A DNA stretch of 34,544 nt from Vicinamibacteria bacterium (GTDB taxonomy: Bacteria > Acidobacteriota > Vicinamibacteria > Fen-336): contig JBGASI010000002.1 of NCBI GenBank assembly GCA_044229815.1, positions 1 through 34,544 of the forward strand, written 5' to 3'. The stretch's first letter is position 1, and every line of letters starts with the position of its first letter. The translations under genes and the position numbers were made by a program. Under the pieces are notes generated by a model. That model did no database searches. It was not told the DNA's origin and was given only the letters and a program-made list of their open reading frames with translations. Positions 7,885 through 15,700 of the stretch are shown here, piece after piece.

Positions 7885-8463
7885 TTAGGCCCAACCGCGC
7901 AGGACGTAGTAGACGAGCTTCAAGTACTCGCCGACGACGGTGCGGCGGCCACGAGCCGTCTTCCACCAGCCCTCTGCCTTCCAGGCCGACGGCTCCGCCG
8001 GCTGGCTCAGGATCTCGATCCCGTGCAGGGAGTGGCGCGCCGCCCAGGCCGCGCGCCGCTGGTGGTACGGCGAGGTGACGACGATCGCGCGGCGCACGCC
8101 CTCCTGCTCGAGGATCGTCCTCACGGCCTCGAGCGACTCGTGCGTGCTGTGCGAGACCTGCTCCAGGCGGATCCGCGCCGCGGGCACGCCCGCCCGCAGC
8201 GCGACGTCTCTCAGGCTCTGCGCGCTGTCGCCCGGCCCGGGCTCGCCTCCGGTCAGCACCAGCAGGCGAGCCTGGCCGTCGAGCACCAGCCGGGCGCCCG
8301 TCTTCGTCCGCTCGTAGTCGGGATCGCCGGCCAGCACGATGACGGCGTCGGCTCGCCGCGGCGGGTCCCGCGTCACGAGCCAGCGCGCGGGCGCGTCGGT
8401 GAAGACCGCGGCGAGCGCGAGGAGAAGCGCGGCGGCGGCGGCGGCGCGCCTCAGGCGCCCCAC
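7885..8463 (-). CDS. DUF218 (YdcF/ElyC/SanA-like) membrane-anchored protein
   Basis: This is the last 192 codons of the artefactual 1282-aa track ORF. The start is taken at GTG 8463 (VGRLRRAAAAAALLLALAAVF, a TM anchor). It is followed by ADAVIVLAGDPDYERTKTGARLVLDGQARLLVLTGG...RRAIVVTSPYHQRRAAW, the DUF218 core pattern. It overlaps the asnB-like stop by 13 nt. Confidence 0.75.
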   Translation of the reverse strand: MGRLRRAAAAAALLLALAAVFTDAPARWLVTRDPPRRADAVIVLAGDPDYERTKTGARLVLDGQARLLVLTGGEPGPGDSAQSLRDVALRAGVPAARIRLEQVSHSTHESLEAVRTILEQEGVRRAIVVTSPYHQRRAAWAARHSLHGIEILSQPAEPSAWKAEGWWKTARGRRTVVGEYLKLVYYVLRGWA

Positions 8464-10340
8464 GCCCGCTCCTGGCGCAGCCAGCTCTCGAGCGTCAGCA
8501 GCAGCCAGATCTGGGCGCTGAGATCGGCCGCCGCGTCGCCGTGCCGGCGCAGCAGCGCGGCGACCGGCTCCGGCCGGAGGTACTCGTAGAGGGGGCTCGC
8601 CTCGTCGAGCAGCCGCTCGCGCACGAAACCCTCGAGGTCGCTGCGGAACCAGGCGGCGAGCGGCGCGCCGAAGCCCATCTTGCCCCGGGCCATGATCGAG
8701 TCCGGCAGGATCCCCCGCATCGCGCGGCGCAACAGCAGCTTCCCCTTGCCAAGCCTCATCCGCTGGCTGTCGGGCAGCGACGCGCCGAACTCGACGACGG
8801 CGGTGTCGAGGAAGGGCGAGCGCGCCTCGAGGCCGTGGGCCATCGAGGTGCGGTCCATCTTCACGAGCAGGTCGTCGACGAGGTAGGTCTCGAAGTTCAA
8901 CTGCAGCAGGCGCGCGAGCGTGCTGCCCTGGCCCGCGGCGTAGCCGGCTTCGAAGCTCGCGAGCAGCCGCGCGCGGTCGAGGTGCGGGCCGAGCTCCGGC
9001 CGCAGCAGCGCCGCCAGGCCGTCCGTGAAGTACGCGTTCCAGCGCAGGTAGCGCTCGAGCAGGGGCAGGCTCCCCGCCTCCGCGAAGCGCTTCGCGAAGC
9101 GCAGCGGGCGCTTGCGGTCCTTCGGCTCGGGCAGCAGGTCCAGCACACCGTGAGCCACCCGGAACGCGGCGCGCGGGACGCGCTCGGAGAGCGCACCGCC
9201 GTAGAGGCGCAGGTAGCCGGCGAACACCTCGTCGCCACCGTCGCCGTTGAGGGCGACCGTGACCCGCTGCCGGGTCAGCTCGGAGAGCAGGTACGTCGGC
9301 ACCGCGGACGAGTCGCCGAAGGGCCCGTCGTGGTGCCAGACCAGGCGGTCGACCAGGTCGAGGGCCTTCGGTTCCACGACGAACTCGGTGTGCTCGGTCG
9401 CGAAGCGCTCCGCCACCACGCGGGCGTGGGCCCGCTCGTCGTACTGCGTGTGGCCGGCGAAGCCGATCGTGAACGTCTTCACGCGGCTGCCGGCGGCCTG
9501 CGCCATGAAGGCGACGACGGTCGACGAGTCGAGCCCGCCCGAGAGAAACGCGCCGAGCGGCACGTCGGCGACCAGGCGCCGCCCGACGGCCTGCTTGAGC
9601 AGCGTGCGGAAGCGCTCCTCGGCGCGAGCTTCGTCGAAGGGGGCTTCGGCCGGGCGGCGCTCCGAGCGAAAGGCCGCGCGCCAGTAGCGGCGCGGCTCGC
9701 TCGTCCCCTGCTCGGTGGCGACCAGCTGGTGCGCCGGCGGCAGCGCTTGAATCCCACGGTAGACGGTGCCGGGCGTCGGCACGTAGCCGTAGGTGAGGAG
9801 GAGCGGCAGCGCCGCCGGGTCCCTCTCGTGCGGGACCTCCGGGTGCGCGAGGAGCGCCTTCGCCTCCGAGGCGAAGGCAAAGAGCCCGGGCCCGTCGTGG
9901 TAGAAGAGCGGCTTCTTCCCCACCCGATCGCGCGCCAGCAGCAGTCGCCGCTGCCGCGCGTCCCACAGCGCGAAGGCGAACATCCCGTCGAGCGCCGCGA
10001 CGGCCTCGTCGCCGCGCTCCTCGTAGAGGTGCAGGATCACCTCGCCGTCGCTGCGACTGCGAAAGGCGTGGCGGGGCTCGAGCATCTTGCGCAGCTCGCG
10101 GAAGTTGTAGATCTCGCCGTTGAAGGTGAGCCAGAGCGAGCCGTCCTCGTTCGTCATCGGCTCGCTCGCCGCATCGGAGAGGTCGATGATCGACAGCCGA
10201 CGGTGGCCGAGCGCGACGGGACCGTCCAGGTGCAGCCCCTCGCCGTCGGGACCGCGGTGCGCGAGGCGGCCGGCCATCGCGCTCGCGCGCTCCCGCCCGG
10301 CCGGCCCGCGTCGCGAGAGATAGCCGCAGATCCCGCACAT
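8451..10340 (-). CDS. asnB: Asparagine synthase family glutamine amidotransferase (AsnB-like) 1
   Basis: The start was checked by hand at ATG 10340-10338, giving MCGICGY (Ntn Cys2). Motifs seen: HRGPDGEG, HRRLSIIDLS, FNGEIYNF, DGMFAFALWD, and the PP-loop FLSGGLDSS. Confidence 0.9.
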   Translation of the reverse strand: MCGICGYLSRRGPAGRERASAMAGRLAHRGPDGEGLHLDGPVALGHRRLSIIDLSDAASEPMTNEDGSLWLTFNGEIYNFRELRKMLEPRHAFRSRSDGEVILHLYEERGDEAVAALDGMFAFALWDARQRRLLLARDRVGKKPLFYHDGPGLFAFASEAKALLAHPEVPHERDPAALPLLLTYGYVPTPGTVYRGIQALPPAHQLVATEQGTSEPRRYWRAAFRSERRPAEAPFDEARAEERFRTLLKQAVGRRLVADVPLGAFLSGGLDSSTVVAFMAQAAGSRVKTFTIGFAGHTQYDERAHARVVAERFATEHTEFVVEPKALDLVDRLVWHHDGPFGDSSAVPTYLLSELTRQRVTVALNGDGGDEVFAGYLRLYGGALSERVPRAAFRVAHGVLDLLPEPKDRKRPLRFAKRFAEAGSLPLLERYLRWNAYFTDGLAALLRPELGPHLDRARLLASFEAGYAAGQGSTLARLLQLNFETYLVDDLLVKMDRTSMAHGLEARSPFLDTAVVEFGASLPDSQRMRLGKGKLLLRRAMRGILPDSIMARGKMGFGAPLAAWFRSDLEGFVRERLLDEASPLYEYLRPEPVAALLRRHGDAAADLSAQIWLLLTLESWLRQERAWGA

Positions 10341-10416
10341 GGTGGCGAAGAGGATAGCAGCGGCCGCCCTCGCTTCGCCCTTGGCGGCGCGGCGGGTCGG
10401 GCGTACGCTCCGGACG

Positions 10417-12177
10417 ATGACGGACGCCGCGCCCCACGACGCGCCACAGGGCTCCCGGGCCGCCCTCGTCGTGCTCGTCGCGCTCGTCGCGCTGTCGCCC
10501 TGGCCGTTCGGCAGCGTGCACCTGCGCACGACGCAGACGATCGCCCTCGTCTCGCTGGTGACGGCGCTCGGCGCCTTCGCGTGGGATGGCTGGCGCGGTC
10601 AGCTGCAGCTGCCTTCGCGCGCAATCCTCTGGCCGCTCGCCGGGCTGTGGGCGCTGGCCGTTCTCCAACTCGTCCCGCTGCCCGTGGCCCTGCACCGCTG
10701 GATCGCGCCGGGCTCCGCGTTCGTCTGGCACCCCGACGTCCCCGCCGCCGCCGCGGTGCTCGGCCCCGGCCCACACCCGATCTCGATCTTCCCGGACGCG
10801 ACGCGACGCTGGCTCGCGTTCGCCACCGGCGTCTCCTCGCTCGCCCTGGCCGCGGCGCCGGCGCTGCGCGCCCGGCGACAACTGCTGCGCGCGTCGACCG
10901 CCGTGGTCAGCGGTGGGGTCGCGGTGGCGCTGTGCGGGCTGGTGGGACGCCTCGCCTTCGGCAACGAGCTCTACGGCATCTGGTCGGTGCCGACCGTAGC
11001 GCCCTTCGGCCCCTTCGTCAGCAAGAACCACTTCGCCGGCTACGTGGAACTGGCGGCGCTGCTCGCGGTGGGACTCGCCTCGGGCCTCGCCGACGAGGCG
11101 CGTCGAGGCGACGGCTGGCTGAGCTGGATCGACAGCCACCGTGCGAAGTGGGTGGTGCTTGCCTGGGGCGCGGCGATGGTGCTCATCCTCGCGGTGCCGG
11201 CGTCGCTCTCGCGAGGCGGCGTCGTCAGCCTTGCGGCCGGCCTGCTGGCGTTCGTCGCGCTGCGGCCGAGGACCCGCCGGCACTCGCGGGCGTCGCTGCG
11301 TGGGCTGGCCGGTGCCCTCGCCGCGGCGGTTGTTCTCGCTCTTGGTCTGGCGACGGTCCTCCCGACCGAGGCCCGCGACCGGGTCCTGAGCCTGGCCGGC
11401 ATCTCGACCGAGCATTCGGGATCCTATCGGCTCGGCGTCTGGCGCGACACGCTGCGCCTGATTGCCTCGAGTCCGCTCGTCGGCTCGGGCTTCGGCGCGT
11501 ACGCCGACGCGTTGCCGCGGTTCAAGACGGCGGCCGGCAACCTCCTGGTCGAGCACGCCGAGAGCGACTGGCTCGAGTTGGCGGCCGAGGGAGGCTTGCT
11601 GGGCCTCGTGCTCGTGGGGGCGGCAGTGGTCGTCGGCCTCGCCTCGCTGCGGCGGCGGCGCCCGGATGCGCCGCGACTCGCGCGCACCCTCGGCGCCGCG
11701 GCGATCGCGGGCCTCGTGACCGTGTTCGTCCACAGCGCGTTCGACTTCAACCTGCGCATCCCCTCGAACGCACTGCTCGGCGCCGCACTGGTGTCGTTGC
11801 TCGCGGCCTCGGCGGAGATCAGCCCTCCCGCGGGCCAGCTGCCGCTGCTTCCGCGAGTCCTGCTCGGTGCGACGCTGGCCGGCAGCCTTGCGCTCGGAGC
11901 GGGTACGGCGTGGGTCGAGGCTCGCGGCGCGCCTGCGGCGATGGTGGCGCGCGTCGGGTCCGCGGCGGGGCCCGAGTTGCGCCGTGTGGAGGCGGAGGCA
12001 CGCGTTACAGCCGACCTGAGACGACGACCCGCGAGCGCGACACGGTGGATCGTCCTCGGCTGGCTACGCACAGGCGCGAGCGACCGCTCGGGATCGACCC
12101 TGTCGGCGTGGGGCCTGGGCCTCTCGCCGCAGGACGAGGCCCTTCGCCAGGCGACCCGCGAAGGAGCGGGTCGCTGA
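10417..12177 (+). CDS. O-antigen ligase / Wzy_C-family polytopic membrane protein
   Basis: Many TM helices. Motifs seen: SKNHFAGYVELAALL, SLSRGGVVSLAAGLL, GVWRDTLRLIASSPLVGSGFGAY...EHAESDWLELAAEGGLLG (Wzy_C-type periplasmic loop). A C-terminal extension of about 120 aa follows. The track start at 10339 would overlap the divergent asnB ATG (CATG), so ATG 10417 (MTDAAPHD...) is preferred. Confidence 0.8.
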   Translation: MTDAAPHDAPQGSRAALVVLVALVALSPWPFGSVHLRTTQTIALVSLVTALGAFAWDGWRGQLQLPSRAILWPLAGLWALAVLQLVPLPVALHRWIAPGSAFVWHPDVPAAAAVLGPGPHPISIFPDATRRWLAFATGVSSLALAAAPALRARRQLLRASTAVVSGGVAVALCGLVGRLAFGNELYGIWSVPTVAPFGPFVSKNHFAGYVELAALLAVGLASGLADEARRGDGWLSWIDSHRAKWVVLAWGAAMVLILAVPASLSRGGVVSLAAGLLAFVALRPRTRRHSRASLRGLAGALAAAVVLALGLATVLPTEARDRVLSLAGISTEHSGSYRLGVWRDTLRLIASSPLVGSGFGAYADALPRFKTAAGNLLVEHAESDWLELAAEGGLLGLVLVGAAVVVGLASLRRRRPDAPRLARTLGAAAIAGLVTVFVHSAFDFNLRIPSNALLGAALVSLLAASAEISPPAGQLPLLPRVLLGATLAGSLALGAGTAWVEARGAPAAMVARVGSAAGPELRRVEAEARVTADLRRRPASATRWIVLGWLRTGASDRSGSTLSAWGLGLSPQDEALRQATREGAGR

Positions 12178-12190
12178 AGGAGGTCGCGGT

Positions 12191-13438
12191 TCAGGGACCT
12201 TCAGCGCCCGCGGGCCGGCGCTTGAGCTCGAGGCCGACGCCCATGAAGACGAAGAAGAACATCGAGATCTGCGTGCGCTGGCGATAGGCCGTGCCGACGT
12301 TGCTCTGGAAGACCGCGTAGGCGACCGTCAGGACGGCCGCGAAGGCGAGGATGGGCAGAACGTCGCGGAGCCGGTGCCTGACGGAGTAGCGCAGCCCGCG
12401 GAAGAGCGAGGGCAGAAGCGAGTACCACACCAGCATCTCGGGCAGGGTCAGCAACTGCCGCAACCCTGTGATCGCCCAGGGGAAGGGCGAGAAGAGGAGA
12501 TAGGTCAACCCGATGGGGATGGCGGCGATCGCTCCGACCGGGGTGGAAACGTCGAAATCGGCGCCGAAGTTCGAGGCGCCCAGAGTGGTCTGCCCCAGGC
12601 GAGCGGTCTGCAGGTTTTCGAGGCTCAGGTAGGACGTCTGCTGCTTCAGGGTCTCCTGGCGGATACCGAAGACCAGAGCGGACACGAGGATCGTGCCGAG
12701 CAGGAGCTGGGACAGGAGGCCCGAGAGCAGGCCCTTCCTCTGCGAAACGAGGAACGTGCCGAGCGTCGCAAAGGCCACCATGTAGAACACGTAGAACCGC
12801 AGCGTGATGAGGGAGAGGGTCGAGAGAACGAACAGGGCGAGCGGCCCCAGCGATATCTCCTCGCGCAAGCGGAGCACGGCGTACATGGACACGGCGATGC
12901 AGAGCAGGATCGACGGGTCCTTGTACATGGCACAGGACCAGAAGATCATCTGCGGGAAGAAGGCCATGCACAGCGCCGCCCGGCGGGCGACACCGCTATC
13001 GAAAAGCCGGCGGGCGATCGCGTAGATGACGATGACGGAAAGCGCGCCGATCGTCGCGTTGACCAGCTGGACGAGCAGGCGGTTCCGGCCAAAGAGGAAG
13101 TAGACGGCCGCCACGAGGTGCACGAAGCCGTAACCGCTCACCGCGGTGACGGGATAGGGGTTCACGACGAGGTCCCCGCTCCAGGTCAGCGCCAGGTAGT
13201 AGCCGGCGTCGTCGTAGGTGCTCGAGTCGCCCCAGAAATAGCTGGCGACCTGCAGGTTGCCGGCGTAGACGTTGAGCAGGATCGCGCCGAGCGAGCGCAG
13301 GAGCAGGCTCTGGACGTAGGTCCTGGAGAGAAAGCGCGCCTCCGGGTCCGGCAGCTTGGTTCGGATCCGGATCGTGACCACGAGGTTGATCACGAGGACG
13401 ACGAGGACGGCCAGGACGCTGTCGATGAAATCGGTCAC
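12191..13438 (-). CDS. Polytopic membrane protein, GT-C-like glycosyltransferase or Wzy-type polymerase
   Basis: 415 aa, GTG start, about 10-12 hydrophobic segments. The first extracytoplasmic loop carries an acidic motif WGDSSTYDDAGYYLA, resembling PMT_2/ArnT-type GT-C proteins. Three sampled 60-nt lines gave 57-63% GC, below the flanks. Confidence 0.6.
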   Translation of the reverse strand: MTDFIDSVLAVLVVLVINLVVTIRIRTKLPDPEARFLSRTYVQSLLLRSLGAILLNVYAGNLQVASYFWGDSSTYDDAGYYLALTWSGDLVVNPYPVTAVSGYGFVHLVAAVYFLFGRNRLLVQLVNATIGALSVIVIYAIARRLFDSGVARRAALCMAFFPQMIFWSCAMYKDPSILLCIAVSMYAVLRLREEISLGPLALFVLSTLSLITLRFYVFYMVAFATLGTFLVSQRKGLLSGLLSQLLLGTILVSALVFGIRQETLKQQTSYLSLENLQTARLGQTTLGASNFGADFDVSTPVGAIAAIPIGLTYLLFSPFPWAITGLRQLLTLPEMLVWYSLLPSLFRGLRYSVRHRLRDVLPILAFAAVLTVAYAVFQSNVGTAYRQRTQISMFFFVFMGVGLELKRRPAGAEGP

Positions 13439-13495
13439 CGCAGGTCGCTCGCCGCAGATCGCATCGGAGGGCGGGAGTCTAGCACGACCGCTCGC

Positions 13496-14566
13496 TCAGC
13501 CCGTGGCGGCGTGGAAGATCGAGGCGACGCGGGGGGCCTGCGTCTGCGCCGAGTAGCGGGCCTCGACCGTCGCCCGGCCTGCCGCCCCGAGGCGTGATGC
13601 GAGCGCGGTGTCGGCGAGCAGTCGCGCCAGCTCCGCCTCCCAGTCCGACTCGCTCGTCACGAGCAGCCCGTTTCGCTCGTGCTCGATGATCTTCGTGTTC
13701 GCCCCGACGGGGCTCGCGACCGCGGGGATGCCCAGCGCCATGTACTGCAGCAGCTTCAGGCCGCACTTGCCCCGCTCCCACTCGGCATCCGGCAGCGGCA
13801 TGATGCCGATGTCGAGGTCCGACAGGTCCTCGACTTCGCTTTCGGCGCGCCAGGGTCGCTGTTCCACCTCGACCCCCTCGGCCCCGAAGCCGGAGCCGCC
13901 GATCACGACGAAGCGGAAATCGTAACGGCGCCGCAGCCGTTCCACGGCCGGCTTGACGATGCGCAGGTACTGCACGGTGCTGAAGCTGCCGGTCCAGCCG
14001 ATCACGGGACGGGACCCGGGCCGCCGAGGCCGCAGGCGGTACTTGTCCGTGTCGATCGTGGTCGGCACGACGGAGACGCCCGTGTTGAAACGCCGGGCGT
14101 ATTGCTCGAGGTAATGGTTTCCCGCCATGACGTGGCGGGAGAGACGGCACAGGGTAGCCGTCTTGCCGGGGAAACGCAGGTACGACAGGACCGAGTTGGA
14201 CGGGCTGACGTAGCGCACCCAGACGGCGTCGTCGAAGTCGAAGACGACGGGCACACCCCGCCGGGCGGCGATCCGCTCGGCGAGCGCGGGTCCCAGCAGC
14301 GCACCCTCGCGGAAGACGTAGAGCAGGTCGAACTCCCCGACACGTCGGGACTCGCGCAGGCGCCCGGCGACGGCGCGCAGCACGCCCAGCGTCTTGCTCA
14401 CGACGTGGCCGCGGCGCGGGAGCAGGGCGCACAACTCGGGAGAGGCGAACGGCGAGTAGACGATCTCGATCGCGTGGGGCTTGAGGTGCGGCTCCCACTG
14501 CTCGATCCGGAACCTCTGCCCCGGTGAGGTGTTCGTCGGCTGCGGCACCCACGCCAGAACCCTCAC
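13496..14566 (-). CDS. Glycosyltransferase, GT-B fold (group 1)
   Basis: This is the last 356 codons of track ORF 13496..15205. The start is GTG 14566 (VRVLAWVPQP...), which overlaps the TGA of the epimerase gene (GTGA). Motifs seen: VIGWTGSFST, DIGIMPLPDAEWERGKCGLKLLQYMALGIPAVASPVGAN. Confidence 0.85.
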   Translation of the reverse strand: MRVLAWVPQPTNTSPGQRFRIEQWEPHLKPHAIEIVYSPFASPELCALLPRRGHVVSKTLGVLRAVAGRLRESRRVGEFDLLYVFREGALLGPALAERIAARRGVPVVFDFDDAVWVRYVSPSNSVLSYLRFPGKTATLCRLSRHVMAGNHYLEQYARRFNTGVSVVPTTIDTDKYRLRPRRPGSRPVIGWTGSFSTVQYLRIVKPAVERLRRRYDFRFVVIGGSGFGAEGVEVEQRPWRAESEVEDLSDLDIGIMPLPDAEWERGKCGLKLLQYMALGIPAVASPVGANTKIIEHERNGLLVTSESDWEAELARLLADTALASRLGAAGRATVEARYSAQTQAPRVASIFHAATG

Positions 14567-15696
14567 CGCACGAGGCCCCGCTCGCGCAGCTCGGCAAGGC
14601 TGCGCTCCACGTTGTCGGGCGGCTGCTCGCTGCGGCACCACTCGATCAGCTCGGGGATGCCCTGCTCGAGGGTGTGGCTCGCCTCGAAGCCGAGGACTTC
14701 CCGGGCTCGCGTGGGGTCCGCGAAGCAGTGCCGCACGTCGCCCGCCCGGAAGCGACCCAGCAACTGCGGCTCGATCGGCACCCCGAGTTGGCCGGCGAGC
14801 GCCCGCGCCACGTCCGCGATCGTCTGGCGGCGGCCGCTGCCGACGTTGAGCACGTGCGCGCCCGGCGTCTCGGCTTCCACCGCGAGCCGCAGCGCCCGCG
14901 CGACGTCCCGCACGTCCACGAAGTCGCGGCTCTGCAGTCCGTCCTCGAAGACCAGGGGTGGACGGCCGTTGAGCATCCGCGAGAGGAAGATCGCCGCGAC
15001 ACCGGTGTAGGGGTTGCCGAGGCTCTGCCGCGGACCGAACACGTTGAAGAAGCGCAGCGCGAACGTGGGGATCCCGTAGGCGCGCCCGAACGAGACACAG
15101 AGTTCCTCCTGGTGCGCCTTGGTGGCGGCGTACACGGAGGCGATCTGCGCCGGCTTGGTCTCGGGGGTCGGCCGGGGTTCCATGTCGGTCCCGCAGCGCG
15201 CGCACGGCAGCTCCCAGCGGCCGGCGAGGAGGCGGCTCTCGTCGCGCCCGCTCGGGCTCTCGGAGCCGCAGGCCGGGCAGCGGTAGGCCCCCTCGCCGTA
15301 GAGGCTCATCGAGGACGCCACGACGAGCTTGCGGATACGAGCGCGCGCGGCCACCACGAGGTCGAGCACGACGCCGGTGCCACAGGCGTTCGTGTGGACG
15401 TAGTGCAGGGGCTGGTACATGGACTGGCCCACGCCGACGGCCGCCGCCAGGTGCACGACCGCCTCGACCCCGTCCATGGCGTCTTCCACGGCGGGCCGGT
15501 GCGTGACGTCGGCCCGGACGAAGCGCACGGCGTTCGCGCGCAGGTGGCGGGCCAGGTTGCGCGGCTCGCGCGCGTCCGGACCGTGGACCTGGGGATCCAG
15601 GTTGTCGAGGACCGTCACCGTCGCACCGCGCTCGACCAGCTGGTCGACCAGGTGCGACCCGATGAAGCCGGCTCCGCCTGTCACGAGGACTTTCAC
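14563..15696 (-). CDS. NAD-dependent epimerase/dehydratase (extended SDR) with Cys4 insertion
   Basis: Start is GTG 15696, with AGGAG 9 nt upstream. Rossmann motif VKVLVTGGAGFIGSHLV is present, with the catalytic Ser region VVASSMSLYG and the YAATK (YxxxK) motif. CPAC...CARC is inserted between the Ser and Tyr motifs. Confidence 0.9.
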   Translation of the reverse strand: MKVLVTGGAGFIGSHLVDQLVERGATVTVLDNLDPQVHGPDAREPRNLARHLRANAVRFVRADVTHRPAVEDAMDGVEAVVHLAAAVGVGQSMYQPLHYVHTNACGTGVVLDLVVAARARIRKLVVASSMSLYGEGAYRCPACGSESPSGRDESRLLAGRWELPCARCGTDMEPRPTPETKPAQIASVYAATKAHQEELCVSFGRAYGIPTFALRFFNVFGPRQSLGNPYTGVAAIFLSRMLNGRPPLVFEDGLQSRDFVDVRDVARALRLAVEAETPGAHVLNVGSGRRQTIADVARALAGQLGVPIEPQLLGRFRAGDVRHCFADPTRAREVLGFEASHTLEQGIPELIEWCRSEQPPDNVERSLAELRERGLVR

Positions 15697-15700
15697 GAGA

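Noticed and set aside
12178-12190. Convergent gene ends with tiny gaps (12178-12190 and 20795-20811) as bidirectional terminators
   Set aside because: No convincing stem-loop can be drawn in either 13- or 17-bp gap. Termination, if any, must use structures inside coding sequence or be factor-dependent.
7885-12287. Giant ORFs of 1282 aa (7885..11733, minus) and 1248 aa (8541..12287, plus)
   Set aside because: Their translations are Arg/Ala/Pro/Gly-rich with no motifs. They run in alternative frames or antisense to clearly motif-bearing genes (DUF218, asnB-like 1, Wzy_C). Stop codons are rare in roughly 70% GC DNA, so long shadow ORFs are expected. Only the last 192 codons of the minus ORF (DUF218) look real.
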